Positions 48,234 through 58,176 are shown, counted from the stretch's first letter. The stretch: DNA of 64,000 bases from Candidatus Multivorans sp. (GCA_965224025.1 OZ245033.1:4064001-4128000); one strand, 5' to 3'. The notes: generated by a model not told the origin, from the letters alone. A program made the numbers and translations.

Positions 48234-50672
48234 CTAGCGGCTCCTGAAGAGGTCGCTCTGCGTGACCTCGTGAATCATCGTTCTGAACGGGTACCCGCCG
48301 CCGAGCTTCGCCACGACTTCCTCGACGCCGTCCCGGTCCGCGAACTCGATCTCGGCGCCGGTCGAGTAGACGAGGAGCTGGGACACGAAGTGGCGCGCCA
48401 CCTGCTCCACGTCCCTGCCAAGCAGCCGCTTGTACTCCTCGATCCCGGTGAAGGGCTCGCCGTCGGCCGTGACGCCGGTGGCATCGACCGGGAGTCCCTG
48501 CTTGTACGGCAACGCGTAGCTGTACCCATCCGGGGTCGTGCCTTCGCCGCCAGCCGCCCGGTAGCGGGTGCGGAAGCCGCCGATCGGGTCGAAGGACTCG
48601 AGCGCGAACCCGGGCGGATCGATCACCCGGTGGCAACTGTTGCAGACCGGCTCGTTGCGATGCTTCGCCAACTGCTCCCGGATCGTCGTCGCCCCGCGCG
48701 TGTCCGGTTCGAGCGCGTTGACGCTCTCGGGCGGCGGCGGCGCCGGCTGTCCGAGCAGGTTCGCCAGCACGAAGTTGCCGCGCGGAATCGGCGAAGTGAT
48801 CGTGCCGTTGGCCGTGATCTTGTGGATGCTCGCCTGGGTGATGAGCCCGCCGCGAGCGCTGTCCGGCGGCAGCTTCACCTTGCGCATGTGCTGGCCCTCG
48901 ATCCCGGGCACGCCGTAGTGCTCGGCGAGACGCCGGTTGAGAAAGGTGAAGTCGGCGTCGATCAGGCGCCCCACGCCGTGGTCTTCGGCGACCAGTTCGG
49001 CCAGGAACAGCTCCGTCTCCTGGGCCATCGCCTTCCCCAGGCGGTCGTCGTACTCGGGATAGAGGCTGGCGTCGGGACTCGTCGCATTCAACTCGTAGAG
49101 TCGGAACGCCTGGCCCGCGAAGTCCTGGATGAATCGCTCGGCCTTCGGGTCGTCGAGCAGGCGGTCGACCTGGGACGCGAAGGCGGCCGGGTCGGACAGC
49201 TTGCCGTCGGCTGCTGTGGCCAGCAGTTCGCCGTCCGGCATGCTCCGCCACAGGAAGTAGGAGAGGCGGGACGCCAGCGCGAAGTCGTCCAGCCGTCCCG
49301 GGTCCCCTGCCTGGAAGAGGAAGGGCGGCGCGCTGAGGATGGCCCGGAGCGGAACGCGAACCGCGTCGATGAAGGGGCGGGAATCCCCCAGCATCGGCTG
49401 GGCCAGGCTCGCGTAGGCCTCGAGTTCGCCCTCCACGAGGGGGCGCCGGAACGCGAGAGGCGCAAAGCGCGCGACGATGTCGGCGATGTGCTCGTAGGGC
49501 GCCTTCGTGAGGCGCAACCCGCCCTCGTCATCGAACTCGACGCCGACCAGAAGTTCGCGGGTGCTCGGCGGCGGCCACGACTCGAACAGCGGCCCCTCGA
49601 TCGTCATCGAGCGGAGCGCGATCCCCTCGCCCTTGTAGTTCTCGACCGTGTGTTCCGGGGCGTAGTAGTTGGTGTAGTCGATTCGTTCCGCATCGGCCAG
49701 CGACGGAGCGAGGATGTCGTTGGGCCGCAGGTAGGTCTCGACCTGAACCGTCCGGGGCGTCTCGCCGATCAGATCGTAGGAGAGGAGCATCTCCTCGAGC
49801 GCGGCGGCGGCCGCCTGCTTGGTACCTCGATAGAGCGTGAGCGTCACCGGGGTATCCGCCTGATACGCCCACCCTTCGATCGTGGCGCGATAGCGGCCGG
49901 CATATGGCACGTTGTAGCCCTCGGTCTCACTGTGCATCAGGTATGTCGCGCCGCCATCGAAGAACATGACCGCCGCATCGTCGAGCATCTTGATGATCCC
50001 GCCGCCCAGGATCTCCGCCTTGCTCATGTACGTGAGATAGGTCGAGTCCGCGTAGGCGATCTCGCGCCGGCCGGCGGCAGGCCGCGGCCCGATCTTGATC
50101 GCCTCGTCCAGGGCCCGGTCCGCGGCTTCCAGGTAGCTCCGCACGTGGAGCGGCGACATGCTCTGGTTTGCCGCCACGGTGTCGAAACCACCCGAGTCGG
50201 CCTCGGCCGGCAGGGCCTGGCTCAGTTCCATGGCCGCCGCCTCGTCGATGGCGAGCAGATCCTGAATCGTGTAGGCGTACTCGAGCCGGGTCAGGCGCCG
50301 GAGCGGCGCACGCTGCCCACCGCGGCGCTCGAGATTCGCGTCTACCAGCGCCGTCTTGAGCGACGCAAGCGCGGCCTCGATCAGCTCGGGCTCGGGCTCG
50401 GGCGCCTCGGGAGGCGGCATCTCGCCGTTCGCAATCCGGTCGTGGATGCGCTGCCAGGCACGGAACGTCCTGGCGTCCGAGAGATCCTGACTGAGACGGG
50501 GAATGCTGAGCGGCGTCGCGGTACGGCCCCCGTGACACCGGATGCAGGAACGGTCGACCAGTGGCGCCACGCCCTCGAAGAACGTCGCGGCCTCTCCGGG
50601 GCCCTGGGCGAGGGCGACCGGTACGAAGACCAGGAGCGGCACGACGGCGGCCGCGAAACGTCTGGGGACCAT
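48234..50672 (-). CDS. DUF1587/1592/1588/1585-type protein with two CxxCH motifs
   Basis: CIRCH, RRLTRLEY, LASRLSYFLWRS, TSPIPRG and CNSCH..IDPPGFALE. Adjacent to the DUF1552 gene. Confidence 0.85.
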   Translation of the reverse strand: MVPRRFAAAVVPLLVFVPVALAQGPGEAATFFEGVAPLVDRSCIRCHGGRTATPLSIPRLSQDLSDARTFRAWQRIHDRIANGEMPPPEAPEPEPELIEAALASLKTALVDANLERRGGQRAPLRRLTRLEYAYTIQDLLAIDEAAAMELSQALPAEADSGGFDTVAANQSMSPLHVRSYLEAADRALDEAIKIGPRPAAGRREIAYADSTYLTYMSKAEILGGGIIKMLDDAAVMFFDGGATYLMHSETEGYNVPYAGRYRATIEGWAYQADTPVTLTLYRGTKQAAAAALEEMLLSYDLIGETPRTVQVETYLRPNDILAPSLADAERIDYTNYYAPEHTVENYKGEGIALRSMTIEGPLFESWPPPSTRELLVGVEFDDEGGLRLTKAPYEHIADIVARFAPLAFRRPLVEGELEAYASLAQPMLGDSRPFIDAVRVPLRAILSAPPFLFQAGDPGRLDDFALASRLSYFLWRSMPDGELLATAADGKLSDPAAFASQVDRLLDDPKAERFIQDFAGQAFRLYELNATSPDASLYPEYDDRLGKAMAQETELFLAELVAEDHGVGRLIDADFTFLNRRLAEHYGVPGIEGQHMRKVKLPPDSARGGLITQASIHKITANGTITSPIPRGNFVLANLLGQPAPPPPESVNALEPDTRGATTIREQLAKHRNEPVCNSCHRVIDPPGFALESFDPIGGFRTRYRAAGGEGTTPDGYSYALPYKQGLPVDATGVTADGEPFTGIEEYKRLLGRDVEQVARHFVSQLLVYSTGAEIEFADRDGVEEVVAKLGGGYPFRTMIHEVTQSDLFRSR

Positions 50673-50786
50673 CGTTCTACTCTCCAGCTTTGGCACACTC
50701 CAACTACGGCCGCCGGACGGCGGAACCACGATCTCTGGTACGCGAACTTGCGGAGGGAGTTTAGCAGCAGCCCGCCGAAGTCCCGG

Positions 50787-52217
50787 TCACCGCCCGAGTG
50801 CCGCGGCGGCGCCTCCCTCGACCGGCAGCACGCCCCCGACATGGTCCCGGATCCACTTCGCATCGAACCACTCCAACGGATTGACGGGCAGGCCGCCGAG
50901 CAGCACCGCGAAGTGCAGATGGTCGCCGCCGGCCATACCCGTCTGGCCGCTCAGGCCTAGCCGTTCGTCCGCCGCGACTTCCTGCCCCACCTCGACGTCG
51001 ATCCGCGACAGGTGTGCGTAGAGGGTCTGCAGGCCGTACCCGTGATCGACCACAACGGTGTTGCCGAAGATGCCGAAGTACTCCGCAAACACGACAACGC
51101 CCGAGTTCGCCGCCGGTACCTCGTCCTGCAGCCGCGATGCGAGATCGAAGCCCAGGTGATCCTGCGTGTCGACCACGCGGTCCTCATAGAGGTATTGCCT
51201 GCGGGTGGCGAACCGGTCCATGACCTGGGTGTTCCGCATCTGCCGGAAGGGTCCGCTCCAAAGCTGCCGCGACGCCGAGTCCGACGCCAACTCGACCAGC
51301 CGTTCGGCGTTCATCGTCCTGAGTTCGCCGTTCAGCATCAGGTAGTTGTCGAGCAGGCTGCCGCGGTCCGCGAGATCCGGTGTCTGGGCCATGATCGCCG
51401 GCACGACCCGGGCCATGAAGTTGTCGCTCAGCCGGATCGTCGACGACTTGAGCGGCGACGGTTCCACCACGCCCGGGAACGGGGCTCTCGCCTCGTTGCC
51501 GAGTTCGTCCCGCGCCACCAGCCGGAAGGCCGATGGATCGGCGCCGTCGTAGGGAACGCCGAACAGAGCGAAGCGGTCCCGGACGCTGCCTCCCGGAAAA
51601 AGGTAGCCGGGGAACCAGTACTCGCCGACCTCGACGCCGCTCTCCACGGCGCCTGCGCCGACGGTGTAGCGCAGCACGCCGCTGCCGGACTGCGTCGGCG
51701 TCGCCGTCACGCCGACTGAGCCGAGTTCCGGCGGGCGAAGCCGAACCGGCAGCGACAGTTCGGCGACACCCGGAGGCGGCCGCCGGAGCAAGGTGCCCGG
51801 CCGTTCGACCGTGACCCGCACCGTGGCCTCGCCCTCCACCAGGCTCGGCATCGACTCGCTGCCGACTTCGACCTCGACGACCGCCTCCCGGACCGGGTCG
51901 CCGCCGAACGACCAGGGCCCCGGCGGCCGGTGCGCTTTCTCTTCGAGCAGCAGCGATTCCCCGCCCTGCATCAGCTCGATCCCGATCGAGCCGAGGCCGC
52001 GGCCGCCCGCACGTGCCGTGGCCGTCAGCATCGTGCGCGGACCGATTCCGGGGAGGTCAGCGGTGATCGTAACGTCCGGTTCCGGAGCGACCCGGAACCA
52101 CAGGACCGACGCGGCTGCGGCGAGCACAACGGCCCCGGCCGCGACCACGGCAATCCAGGACAGCTCGCGGTCGCGACGCGAACCCAGCCGACCGGCTTCT
52201 CCCTCGCTGAACGGCAA
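50787..52217 (-). CDS. M23 family metallopeptidase (start uncertain)
   Basis: HLGFD, DHGYG..YAHLS, HLHF and an N-terminal TM helix. Confidence 0.85.
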   Translation of the reverse strand: MPFSEGEAGRLGSRRDRELSWIAVVAAGAVVLAAAASVLWFRVAPEPDVTITADLPGIGPRTMLTATARAGGRGLGSIGIELMQGGESLLLEEKAHRPPGPWSFGGDPVREAVVEVEVGSESMPSLVEGEATVRVTVERPGTLLRRPPPGVAELSLPVRLRPPELGSVGVTATPTQSGSGVLRYTVGAGAVESGVEVGEYWFPGYLFPGGSVRDRFALFGVPYDGADPSAFRLVARDELGNEARAPFPGVVEPSPLKSSTIRLSDNFMARVVPAIMAQTPDLADRGSLLDNYLMLNGELRTMNAERLVELASDSASRQLWSGPFRQMRNTQVMDRFATRRQYLYEDRVVDTQDHLGFDLASRLQDEVPAANSGVVVFAEYFGIFGNTVVVDHGYGLQTLYAHLSRIDVEVGQEVAADERLGLSGQTGMAGGDHLHFAVLLGGLPVNPLEWFDAKWIRDHVGGVLPVEGGAAAALGR

Positions 52218-52231
52218 GGCCCGGCAGTCCG

Positions 52232-52402
52232 TCAGCCGATCAGGCTCGTTCCGCGGAGCAGCCGGTGCATCGTGCCGCCGGGCATCGGAATCTCGCCCTG
52301 ATCCTCGAGCCCCAGGATGTCCCGGTAGAAGGGAAGCGCCGCCTCCGCGTCACCCGCCACGATGCCCAGATCGACCGAGTTCTTCGTCAGTTCTACGCCC
52401 AC
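52232..52402 (-). pseudogene. Truncated VOC/glyoxalase-family gene (56 aa)
   Basis: RBS GAGGAGG, then MGVELTKNSVDLGIV...FYRDILGL...MHRL..GTSLIG*. This is about half of a VOC domain. Confidence 0.65.
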
Positions 52403-52503
52403 AGAAGCCTCCTCTCGTCGTGGCGGCGGATACTAACCCCGATCCTGGGAACGCGTGCATCCTGCCCGCATTCGGCCACCGCGCCAAGGCGCGCGAAGGG
52501 CGA

Positions 52504-53121
52504 TCAGGCGTTGAAGCGGCGCGACTCGTTCCTCCTCTGCCGCGAAAGCACACCGCGGAACAGCAGGAACAGGCCAACCGCCATGACTGCGACGGGCCAG
52601 TAGTCAAGAACCTGATCCGCCCAGGCCCAGTTCGGGAAGCCCGCGATTACCAGGACGCCGCCGGGAACCAGCGGCCACCAACGGTTCGTGCGCTCGTAGA
52701 GCAGGGAGACCACGTAGATCAGGAGGAAGCCGACGCCGAGGCCGAAAGCGGCGCTCTCGTCGTCCGCGAACGGGCCTGAGTAGAGATCGTCGAACGCCAG
52801 ACCCGAGCCGAGCCCGATCAGGATCCCGCCCGGGATCAGGAATCCGTACGCCCTCTTGAAGAAGTAGCCCGCCGCGAAGACTCCGCCGACCAGGATCAGG
52901 AACAGGTGCTCGGCGTCGCCGTCGAGTCGCTCGAGCGCCAGCAACGCGCCGCCCAGGACGATGAGGGCCAGACCGGCGGCAACCTGACCGGCCAGGCCGG
53001 GCCCGGCGTCTTCGACCGGCGGGGCCGGCGGGTCGGCGACCGGCGGCGCCGATCCGGACTCGGCCTGTGCGGATGCTTCCGTTGTTTCGTGGTTCGTCTC
53101 GTCGTGTTCGTTCACGTTCAT
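52504..53121 (-). CDS. Integral membrane protein
   Basis: Several Gly-rich TM helices (LIPGGILIGLG, WWPLVPGG, YWPV) and RBS GGGAGG. Confidence 0.75.
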   Translation of the reverse strand: MNVNEHDETNHETTEASAQAESGSAPPVADPPAPPVEDAGPGLAGQVAAGLALIVLGGALLALERLDGDAEHLFLILVGGVFAAGYFFKRAYGFLIPGGILIGLGSGLAFDDLYSGPFADDESAAFGLGVGFLLIYVVSLLYERTNRWWPLVPGGVLVIAGFPNWAWADQVLDYWPVAVMAVGLFLLFRGVLSRQRRNESRRFNA

Positions 53122-53216
53122 CTCCTCCCTCTTGCACTCTACGCAGGACAGAGCTGCGAGGTTCCAGTCACCTCGTTTCGAAGGTCTCAGACCGACCTGG
53201 CTGCTACGCTAGCCCC

Positions 53217-53945
53217 ATGCCTGTCTTCGAGCGGGACGAGGTCCGAATTCACTGGTCCGAGGTCGGCGCCGGTTACCCGGTGCTGCTGTTTGCGTCTGGC
53301 GGCATGCGCTCCGCCGCCGATATCTGGGGGACCAGCCCGTTCGATCCGCGCCGCGCGCTGGCGCAGTCCTTCCGGGTCATCTCGATGGACCAACGCAATG
53401 CCGGCAAGTCGACGGCGCCGGTGACGGCCGCCGACGGCTGGCATACCTACGCCGCCGACCATCTGGCGCTGCTCGATCACCTGGGCATCGAGACGTGCCA
53501 CCTGATGGGCGGCTGCATCGGCTCCTCGTACTGCCTGGGCGTCCTTGAGGCCGATGCCTCGCGGGTCAGCGCCGCGGTGCTCCAGAACCCGATCGGGCGC
53601 CACCAGAACCAGGATCTGTTCTACGCCATGTTCGACACCTGGGCCGACGCGCTCATCGGCGAGCGCGACGACGTGGCCGCCGAATCCCTGCCCCCGTTCC
53701 GCGAACGCATGTACGGCGGCGACTTCACCTTCAACGTCGATCGCGACTTCGTCACCGGCATCGAGACGCCGCTCCTGATCCTGGCCGGAAACGACGATTA
53801 CCACCCTCGCCCGGTGGCCGAGGAGATCGCCTCGCTGGCGCCGAACAACGAGCTGATCCTCGAGTGGAAGAGTGACGACGCGGCGCCGGCTGCCGCGGCG
53901 AAGGTCAGAACTTTCCTCGAACGTCACACGCCCTCCAGCAGCTAG
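53217..53945 (+). CDS. Alpha/beta hydrolase with GGCIG elbow
   Basis: MDQRNAGKS, GGCIG and GNDDYHP. Confidence 0.8.
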   Translation: MPVFERDEVRIHWSEVGAGYPVLLFASGGMRSAADIWGTSPFDPRRALAQSFRVISMDQRNAGKSTAPVTAADGWHTYAADHLALLDHLGIETCHLMGGCIGSSYCLGVLEADASRVSAAVLQNPIGRHQNQDLFYAMFDTWADALIGERDDVAAESLPPFRERMYGGDFTFNVDRDFVTGIETPLLILAGNDDYHPRPVAEEIASLAPNNELILEWKSDDAAPAAAAKVRTFLERHTPSSS

Positions 53946-53958
53946 CGCTAAGTTGAAC

Positions 53959-55758
53959 ATGATCGGAGCGACTCTTCTCGGCCTGCTGCTGGTCCTCGGC
54001 GCTCCACCCCAACCGTCCGTCGTGCCCGAAGCCGGCCAGGACGCTCCGGTCGGCCGCGGGGTCGGCGACCTGACGGACGTGGTCGAGGTCACCGTGGTCA
54101 ACGTGGACGTCGTCGCCACCGACCGCAACGGGCGACCGGCCCGCGGTCTGACGCGGCAGAACTTCCGCGTCTTCGACAACGACAAGCCGGTCGAGATCGA
54201 CTACTTCGGCCGCGGAGGCGCCGGCGGCGAACCTGCCGCCGTGGAGCTGCTGCAGGAACCCCTGTCGATCGCCTTCTTCTTCGACAACACCCACCTCTCG
54301 GTCGCCAGCCGTGCGGCGGTCCTCGACCAGATCAAGGCCTTCGCCCGCGGTCAGCTCGAGGCGGACGGCGACGGCGCGCCGGTCTATGCCATGGTCGTCG
54401 CCTTCGACGGCGAACTGCGGCTGCTCCAGGACCTGACGACCGACTACTTCGCCCTGGCCCAGGGTTTGAACCGGGCCGAAGCCGCGCACCAGGTCTTCAC
54501 CGAAGCTCAGAACCTGAAGCGGCGATCCCAGGAGAGCTTCCTGCAGTTGATGGAACAACTGAACTCCGACCCCCGGCGCTCGGCCGGCAGCATCGGCGCG
54601 CTGCGCGCAACGCTCTCCGAGATGATTGCGTACGCCAGAGTCCTCCAGGAGGACAGCGCCCGCACCGCAGGCGCGATCGAGGACATCGTGGATTCCCTGG
54701 CGCTGGTCCCCGGGCGCAAGGCCTTCTTCCTGATCAGCGACGGCTTCGCGGCGCGCCCCTTCGACCGCCTCCTGCAGAACGTCCAGAAGCGCGTTGCCGG
54801 CCGACGCGAACAGACCGGCATCGAGTTGATGGAAAGCCGGTCCGTCGACGCCCCGGAGGGCTTCGACGCCCCGAACAACCTCTACACCCGGAACTCGAAC
54901 ATCCAGGGCACCGCGGCCCTCACGACCACTTCCTTCCAGCAGCGTCTTTCCGACTTCGACCTCAGCTCCCGCTTCAGCGAGATCGCCGCCCGCGCGAACT
55001 CGCACCGGGTCTCCTTCTACGCCTTCAAGCCTCCCGAGACCGACGTGGGCGCGGCATCGCTCTCCGAAAGAGTGGCCGACCAGCAGAAACTCACGTACTT
55101 GTCCGATCTGCGCGGCGTGCTTCACCAGCTCGCCGGCGACACCGGCGGCCGCGCTTGGGTCTCGGGACGCAATGTTGACGCGTTCTTCGACCAGGCGGCG
55201 GAGGATCTGCGCTCCTACTATTCGCTCGGCTATGTGCTCGACGATTTCATCGAGGGCTCCTTGCACCAGGTCCGCGTCAAGCCGCGGCCGCGGCACCTGC
55301 GCCTTAGGCACCGCACCAGCTACATAGCGCGCTCGTTGCGCGAACGGATCGCCGAGCGGACGGTCGGCGCCCTTCTGCTGGGCTGGACCGAGAACCCGCA
55401 CGCGCTGCACATCGACAGCATCGAATGGGACACCGGCGGCGGCGGTTTCTACGACGTCGACTTCACCGTCTCGGTACCCCTCGACAAGTTGGCGATGATC
55501 GAACAGGGCGGCAATCGCACCGACCAGGTCCGAGTCGTCGCCACGGTGCTGACCGAGGACGGGGAACAGTTGGCCCCCAGCCACATCGTCCTGCCTCTGA
55601 CCATTCCCAGCGGGGACTGGGCGCAGGCACAAGACCAGTTCTTCGCCGTGAACTTCGAGTACGCGATTCCGCGCGGCAACCACCGGGTGGCCATCGGGCT
55701 CTGGGACGAGAATGGCGGCAGCGGTTCGTACATCCGCCGAGAGTTCAACGTCCGCTAA
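53959..55758 (+). CDS. Secreted VWFA-related protein (Acidobacterial type)
   Basis: VEVTVVNVDVVATD..G.P..GL...F, PGRKAFFLISDG, LAGDTGG and SYYSLGY. Confidence 0.82.
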   Translation: MIGATLLGLLLVLGAPPQPSVVPEAGQDAPVGRGVGDLTDVVEVTVVNVDVVATDRNGRPARGLTRQNFRVFDNDKPVEIDYFGRGGAGGEPAAVELLQEPLSIAFFFDNTHLSVASRAAVLDQIKAFARGQLEADGDGAPVYAMVVAFDGELRLLQDLTTDYFALAQGLNRAEAAHQVFTEAQNLKRRSQESFLQLMEQLNSDPRRSAGSIGALRATLSEMIAYARVLQEDSARTAGAIEDIVDSLALVPGRKAFFLISDGFAARPFDRLLQNVQKRVAGRREQTGIELMESRSVDAPEGFDAPNNLYTRNSNIQGTAALTTTSFQQRLSDFDLSSRFSEIAARANSHRVSFYAFKPPETDVGAASLSERVADQQKLTYLSDLRGVLHQLAGDTGGRAWVSGRNVDAFFDQAAEDLRSYYSLGYVLDDFIEGSLHQVRVKPRPRHLRLRHRTSYIARSLRERIAERTVGALLLGWTENPHALHIDSIEWDTGGGGFYDVDFTVSVPLDKLAMIEQGGNRTDQVRVVATVLTEDGEQLAPSHIVLPLTIPSGDWAQAQDQFFAVNFEYAIPRGNHRVAIGLWDENGGSGSYIRREFNVR

Positions 55759-55773
55759 AGCCAGGAGAAGAGC

Positions 55774-56370
55774 GTGAAGGGAACCACAAGCGCGGCCGGC
55801 GGTCCGACCGCCGACGCCGCAGACCACCGCACCACTGCCGAGTTGGAGGCCGGCTTCGGCCACGTCCTCGACTCGCCCGCCGACGGCGGCAAGCTCGAGA
55901 TGATCGTCCGGCGACCGGGAGTGAACCACCGCGAGGCGGTCGAGGAAGGGCGGCTCACCTTCGAGGCCGGCCTCGAGGGCGACTCCTGGGACCGTCGCAA
56001 GGGTTACGTCACCGAAGACGGCTCCCCCGATCCGGACGCCCAACTGACGCTGACGAACTCTCGCTTCGCCGGCCTCATCGCCGGTAGCCGGGATCGCTGG
56101 CCCCTGGCCGGCGACCAGCTCTACGTCGACCTCGACCTCGGCGCGGAGAATCTGCCGACCGGCACCAAACTCCGCCTCGGCGAAGCGGTGGTCGAGATCA
56201 CCGCGCTCCCCCATACCGGCTGCAAGAAGTACGCTCAGCGCTTCGGTGCGGAAGCACTCAAGTTCACCGCCCAACCGGAAGGCCGCCGACGCAATCTCCG
56301 GGGCATCTACGCGCGGGTCGTCGTGCCGGGAACCGTGCGGGTCGGCGACACCGCGCGCAAGGTCCGCTGA
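55774..56370 (+). CDS. MOSC-domain protein
   Basis: GLEGD, LAGDQLYVD, PHTGCKK and RGIYARV. Confidence 0.85.
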   Translation: MKGTTSAAGGPTADAADHRTTAELEAGFGHVLDSPADGGKLEMIVRRPGVNHREAVEEGRLTFEAGLEGDSWDRRKGYVTEDGSPDPDAQLTLTNSRFAGLIAGSRDRWPLAGDQLYVDLDLGAENLPTGTKLRLGEAVVEITALPHTGCKKYAQRFGAEALKFTAQPEGRRRNLRGIYARVVVPGTVRVGDTARKVR

Positions 56371-56375
56371 TTTCG

Positions 56376-56783
56376 ATGGCGATCACCAAGGGCATACGAC
56401 AGCTCGTCGCGGAGGCCGACGCCGCGATCGAGACCGTGACGGTTGACGAAGCCCGGGAGCGTCAGGCTCAGGGAGCCGTCATCGTCGACCTGCGCGACAT
56501 CCGTGAGCGGGCCCGCGAGGGTTTCATCTCCGGTTCCTTCCACGCCCCGCGGGGCATGATCGAGTTCTGGGTCGATCCCGACAGCCCGTACTTCAAGGAC
56601 ATCTTCGGCAGCGGCAGCGAGTTCATCTTCCACTGCGCCAGCGGCTGGCGCTCCGCGCTGGCAACGAAGGCCGTCCAGGACATGGGACTGAAACCGGTAT
56701 GCCACATCGGCGGCGGCTTCTCGGCCTGGAAGAAGGCGGACGCGCCAGTCGACAAGACCGCGGACGGCCGCGAACCGAGGTGA
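56376..56783 (+). CDS. Rhodanese-like protein
   Basis: VDLRD, PRGMIEF, HCASGWRS and GGFSAW. Confidence 0.88.
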   Translation: MAITKGIRQLVAEADAAIETVTVDEARERQAQGAVIVDLRDIRERAREGFISGSFHAPRGMIEFWVDPDSPYFKDIFGSGSEFIFHCASGWRSALATKAVQDMGLKPVCHIGGGFSAWKKADAPVDKTADGREPR

Positions 56784-56810
56784 AGCTCCGGAGGGCGGAG
56801 GCCCGCCGGC

Positions 56811-56839
56811 TTGACAGCAGCGCGACTGTTCCTTAGCCT
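56811..56839 (+). promoter_or_regulatory. Sigma70-type promoter of the lys operon leader
   Basis: TTGACA (56811-56816), 17 bp, TAGCCT (56834-56839). Confidence 0.7.
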
Positions 56840-56874
56840 CTTCGACCGTTTCTCTGGACCGGGTCCGCACCGAA

Positions 56875-56970
56875 ATGCTCAGCCACTCTGCCCCCCACCC
56901 CGCTACCACCGTTCCCTGCCGCAAGGTCCGGGTGAAGGGCGCGAAGCGCCCGACGGACACTCCTGAGTGA
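56875..56970 (+). CDS. Putative attenuation leader peptide (31 aa, contains RKVRVKGAKR)
   Basis: ATG to TGA between the promoter and the terminator, with 3 Lys and 3 Arg codons clustered in 10 codons. No strong SD. Confidence 0.5.
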   Translation: MLSHSAPHPATTVPCRKVRVKGAKRPTDTPE

Positions 56971-57000
56971 CCTAGATCGAGAACGAGACCTTCTCTGAGC

Positions 57001-57039
57001 GGCCGGCCATCCAGGAGGATGAGCCGGCCCTTTGTTTTT
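57001..57039 (+). terminator. Attenuator-type intrinsic terminator upstream of lysW
   Basis: GGCCGGC-CATCC-AGGA-GGATG-A-GCCGGCC followed by CTTTGTTTTT. Confidence 0.75.
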
Positions 57040-57085
57040 GGATCAGTCGCTTGCTGAGCCTTCCCGCCAACCGAGGAGAACCGTA

Positions 57086-57271
57086 ATGGAACTGCAGACC
57101 GTAAGCACCCAGTCCGAGTGCCCCGAGTGCTTCGACGAGATCCGGCTCGAGGCCGTGATGCAAAACGAGATCGTCCAGTGCGCCGGCTGCGGCGTCGACC
57201 TGGAGGTGATCGAACTCGAACCCGTGGCCCTGGAACTGGCGCCTGAAGAAGAAGAGGACTGGGGCGAGTAG
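57086..57271 (+). CDS. lysW: Amino-group carrier protein LysW
   Basis: Two CxxC motifs, C-terminal EEDWGE and RBS GAGGAG. Confidence 0.95.
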   Translation: MELQTVSTQSECPECFDEIRLEAVMQNEIVQCAGCGVDLEVIELEPVALELAPEEEEDWGE

Positions 57272-57282
57272 CCGGGCAGGCG

Positions 57283-58176
57283 ATGCGCATCGGAGTCCTG
57301 TACAGCCGGGTCCGGCCCGAAGAGAAGCTCCTGTTCCGGGAGCTCGAGCGGCGGCGCGCGGACGTCGAACTGATCGACGACCGCAAGATCGTCCTCTCGT
57401 TTGGCGGCGCGAGCGCGCTGGAACCGGCCTTCGACTTCGATGTCGTCTTCGACCGTTCGCTCAGCCACAGCCGCGCCCTGGTCCACCTGCGGGTGCTGGC
57501 CGACCGCCGCGTACGGACGGTGAACCGGATCGACGTGGTCGAGAACTGCGGCGACAAGCTCCGCACATCCAGCCTGCTGCAGGCCGCCGGCGTGCCGACT
57601 CCCGACACCCGGGTCGCCTCGACGCCGGAGGCGGCGCTCCAGGCAATCGAGGAGCTCGGCTACCCGGTCGTGCTCAAGCCGACCGTCGGCTCCTGGGGCC
57701 GGTTGATCGCCCGCGTCAACGATCGCGACGCGGCCGAAGCGCTGATCGAGCACAAGACCACCCTCGGCGCCTATCAACACTCGATCTTCTACCTGCAGCG
57801 TTACGTGGACAAGCCGGAACGCGACATCCGCGCGTTCGTTGCGGGCGGCGAAACGATCTGCGCCATCTACCGCGAGGCGCCTCACTGGGTCACCAACACG
57901 GCGCGCGGCGCCTCGACCACGAACTGTCCGGTGACGCCCGAGCTGGCGACCCTGTGCCGGCGGGCGGCGGAGGCGGTCGGCGGCGGGCTGGTTGCGGTCG
58001 ACCTGGTCGAGGACGGAGACCGCGGGCCGCTGGTGCTGGAGGTCAACCACACGATGGAGTTCCGCAACTCCATCGAACCGACCGGTGTCGACATCCCGGC
58101 ACGCATGGTCGACTTCGTCGAGCGGGTGGCGAGCGTCGGCTGGGCCGCCGCCCAGCACGCCGAGGAGGGGACATGA
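57283..58176 (+). CDS. lysX: Alpha-aminoadipate--LysW ligase (ATP-grasp)
   Basis: [14 protein letters not shown]...HWVTNTARG and EVNHTMEF. Confidence 0.92.
   Translation: MRIGVLYSRVRPEEKLLFRELERRRADVELIDDRKIVLSFGGASALEPAFDFDVVFDRSLSHSRALVHLRVLADRRVRTVNRIDVVENCGDKLRTSSLLQAAGVPTPDTRVASTPEAALQAIEELGYPVVLKPTVGSWGRLIARVNDRDAAEALIEHKTTLGAYQHSIFYLQRYVDKPERDIRAFVAGGETICAIYREAPHWVTNTARGASTTNCPVTPELATLCRRAAEAVGGGLVAVDLVEDGDRGPLVLEVNHTMEFRNSIEPTGVDIPARMVDFVERVASVGWAAAQHAEEGT

Noticed and set aside
56840-57000. Lysine riboswitch
   Set aside because: No AGAGGUGC-type L-box consensus. A leader ORF plus terminator fits better.
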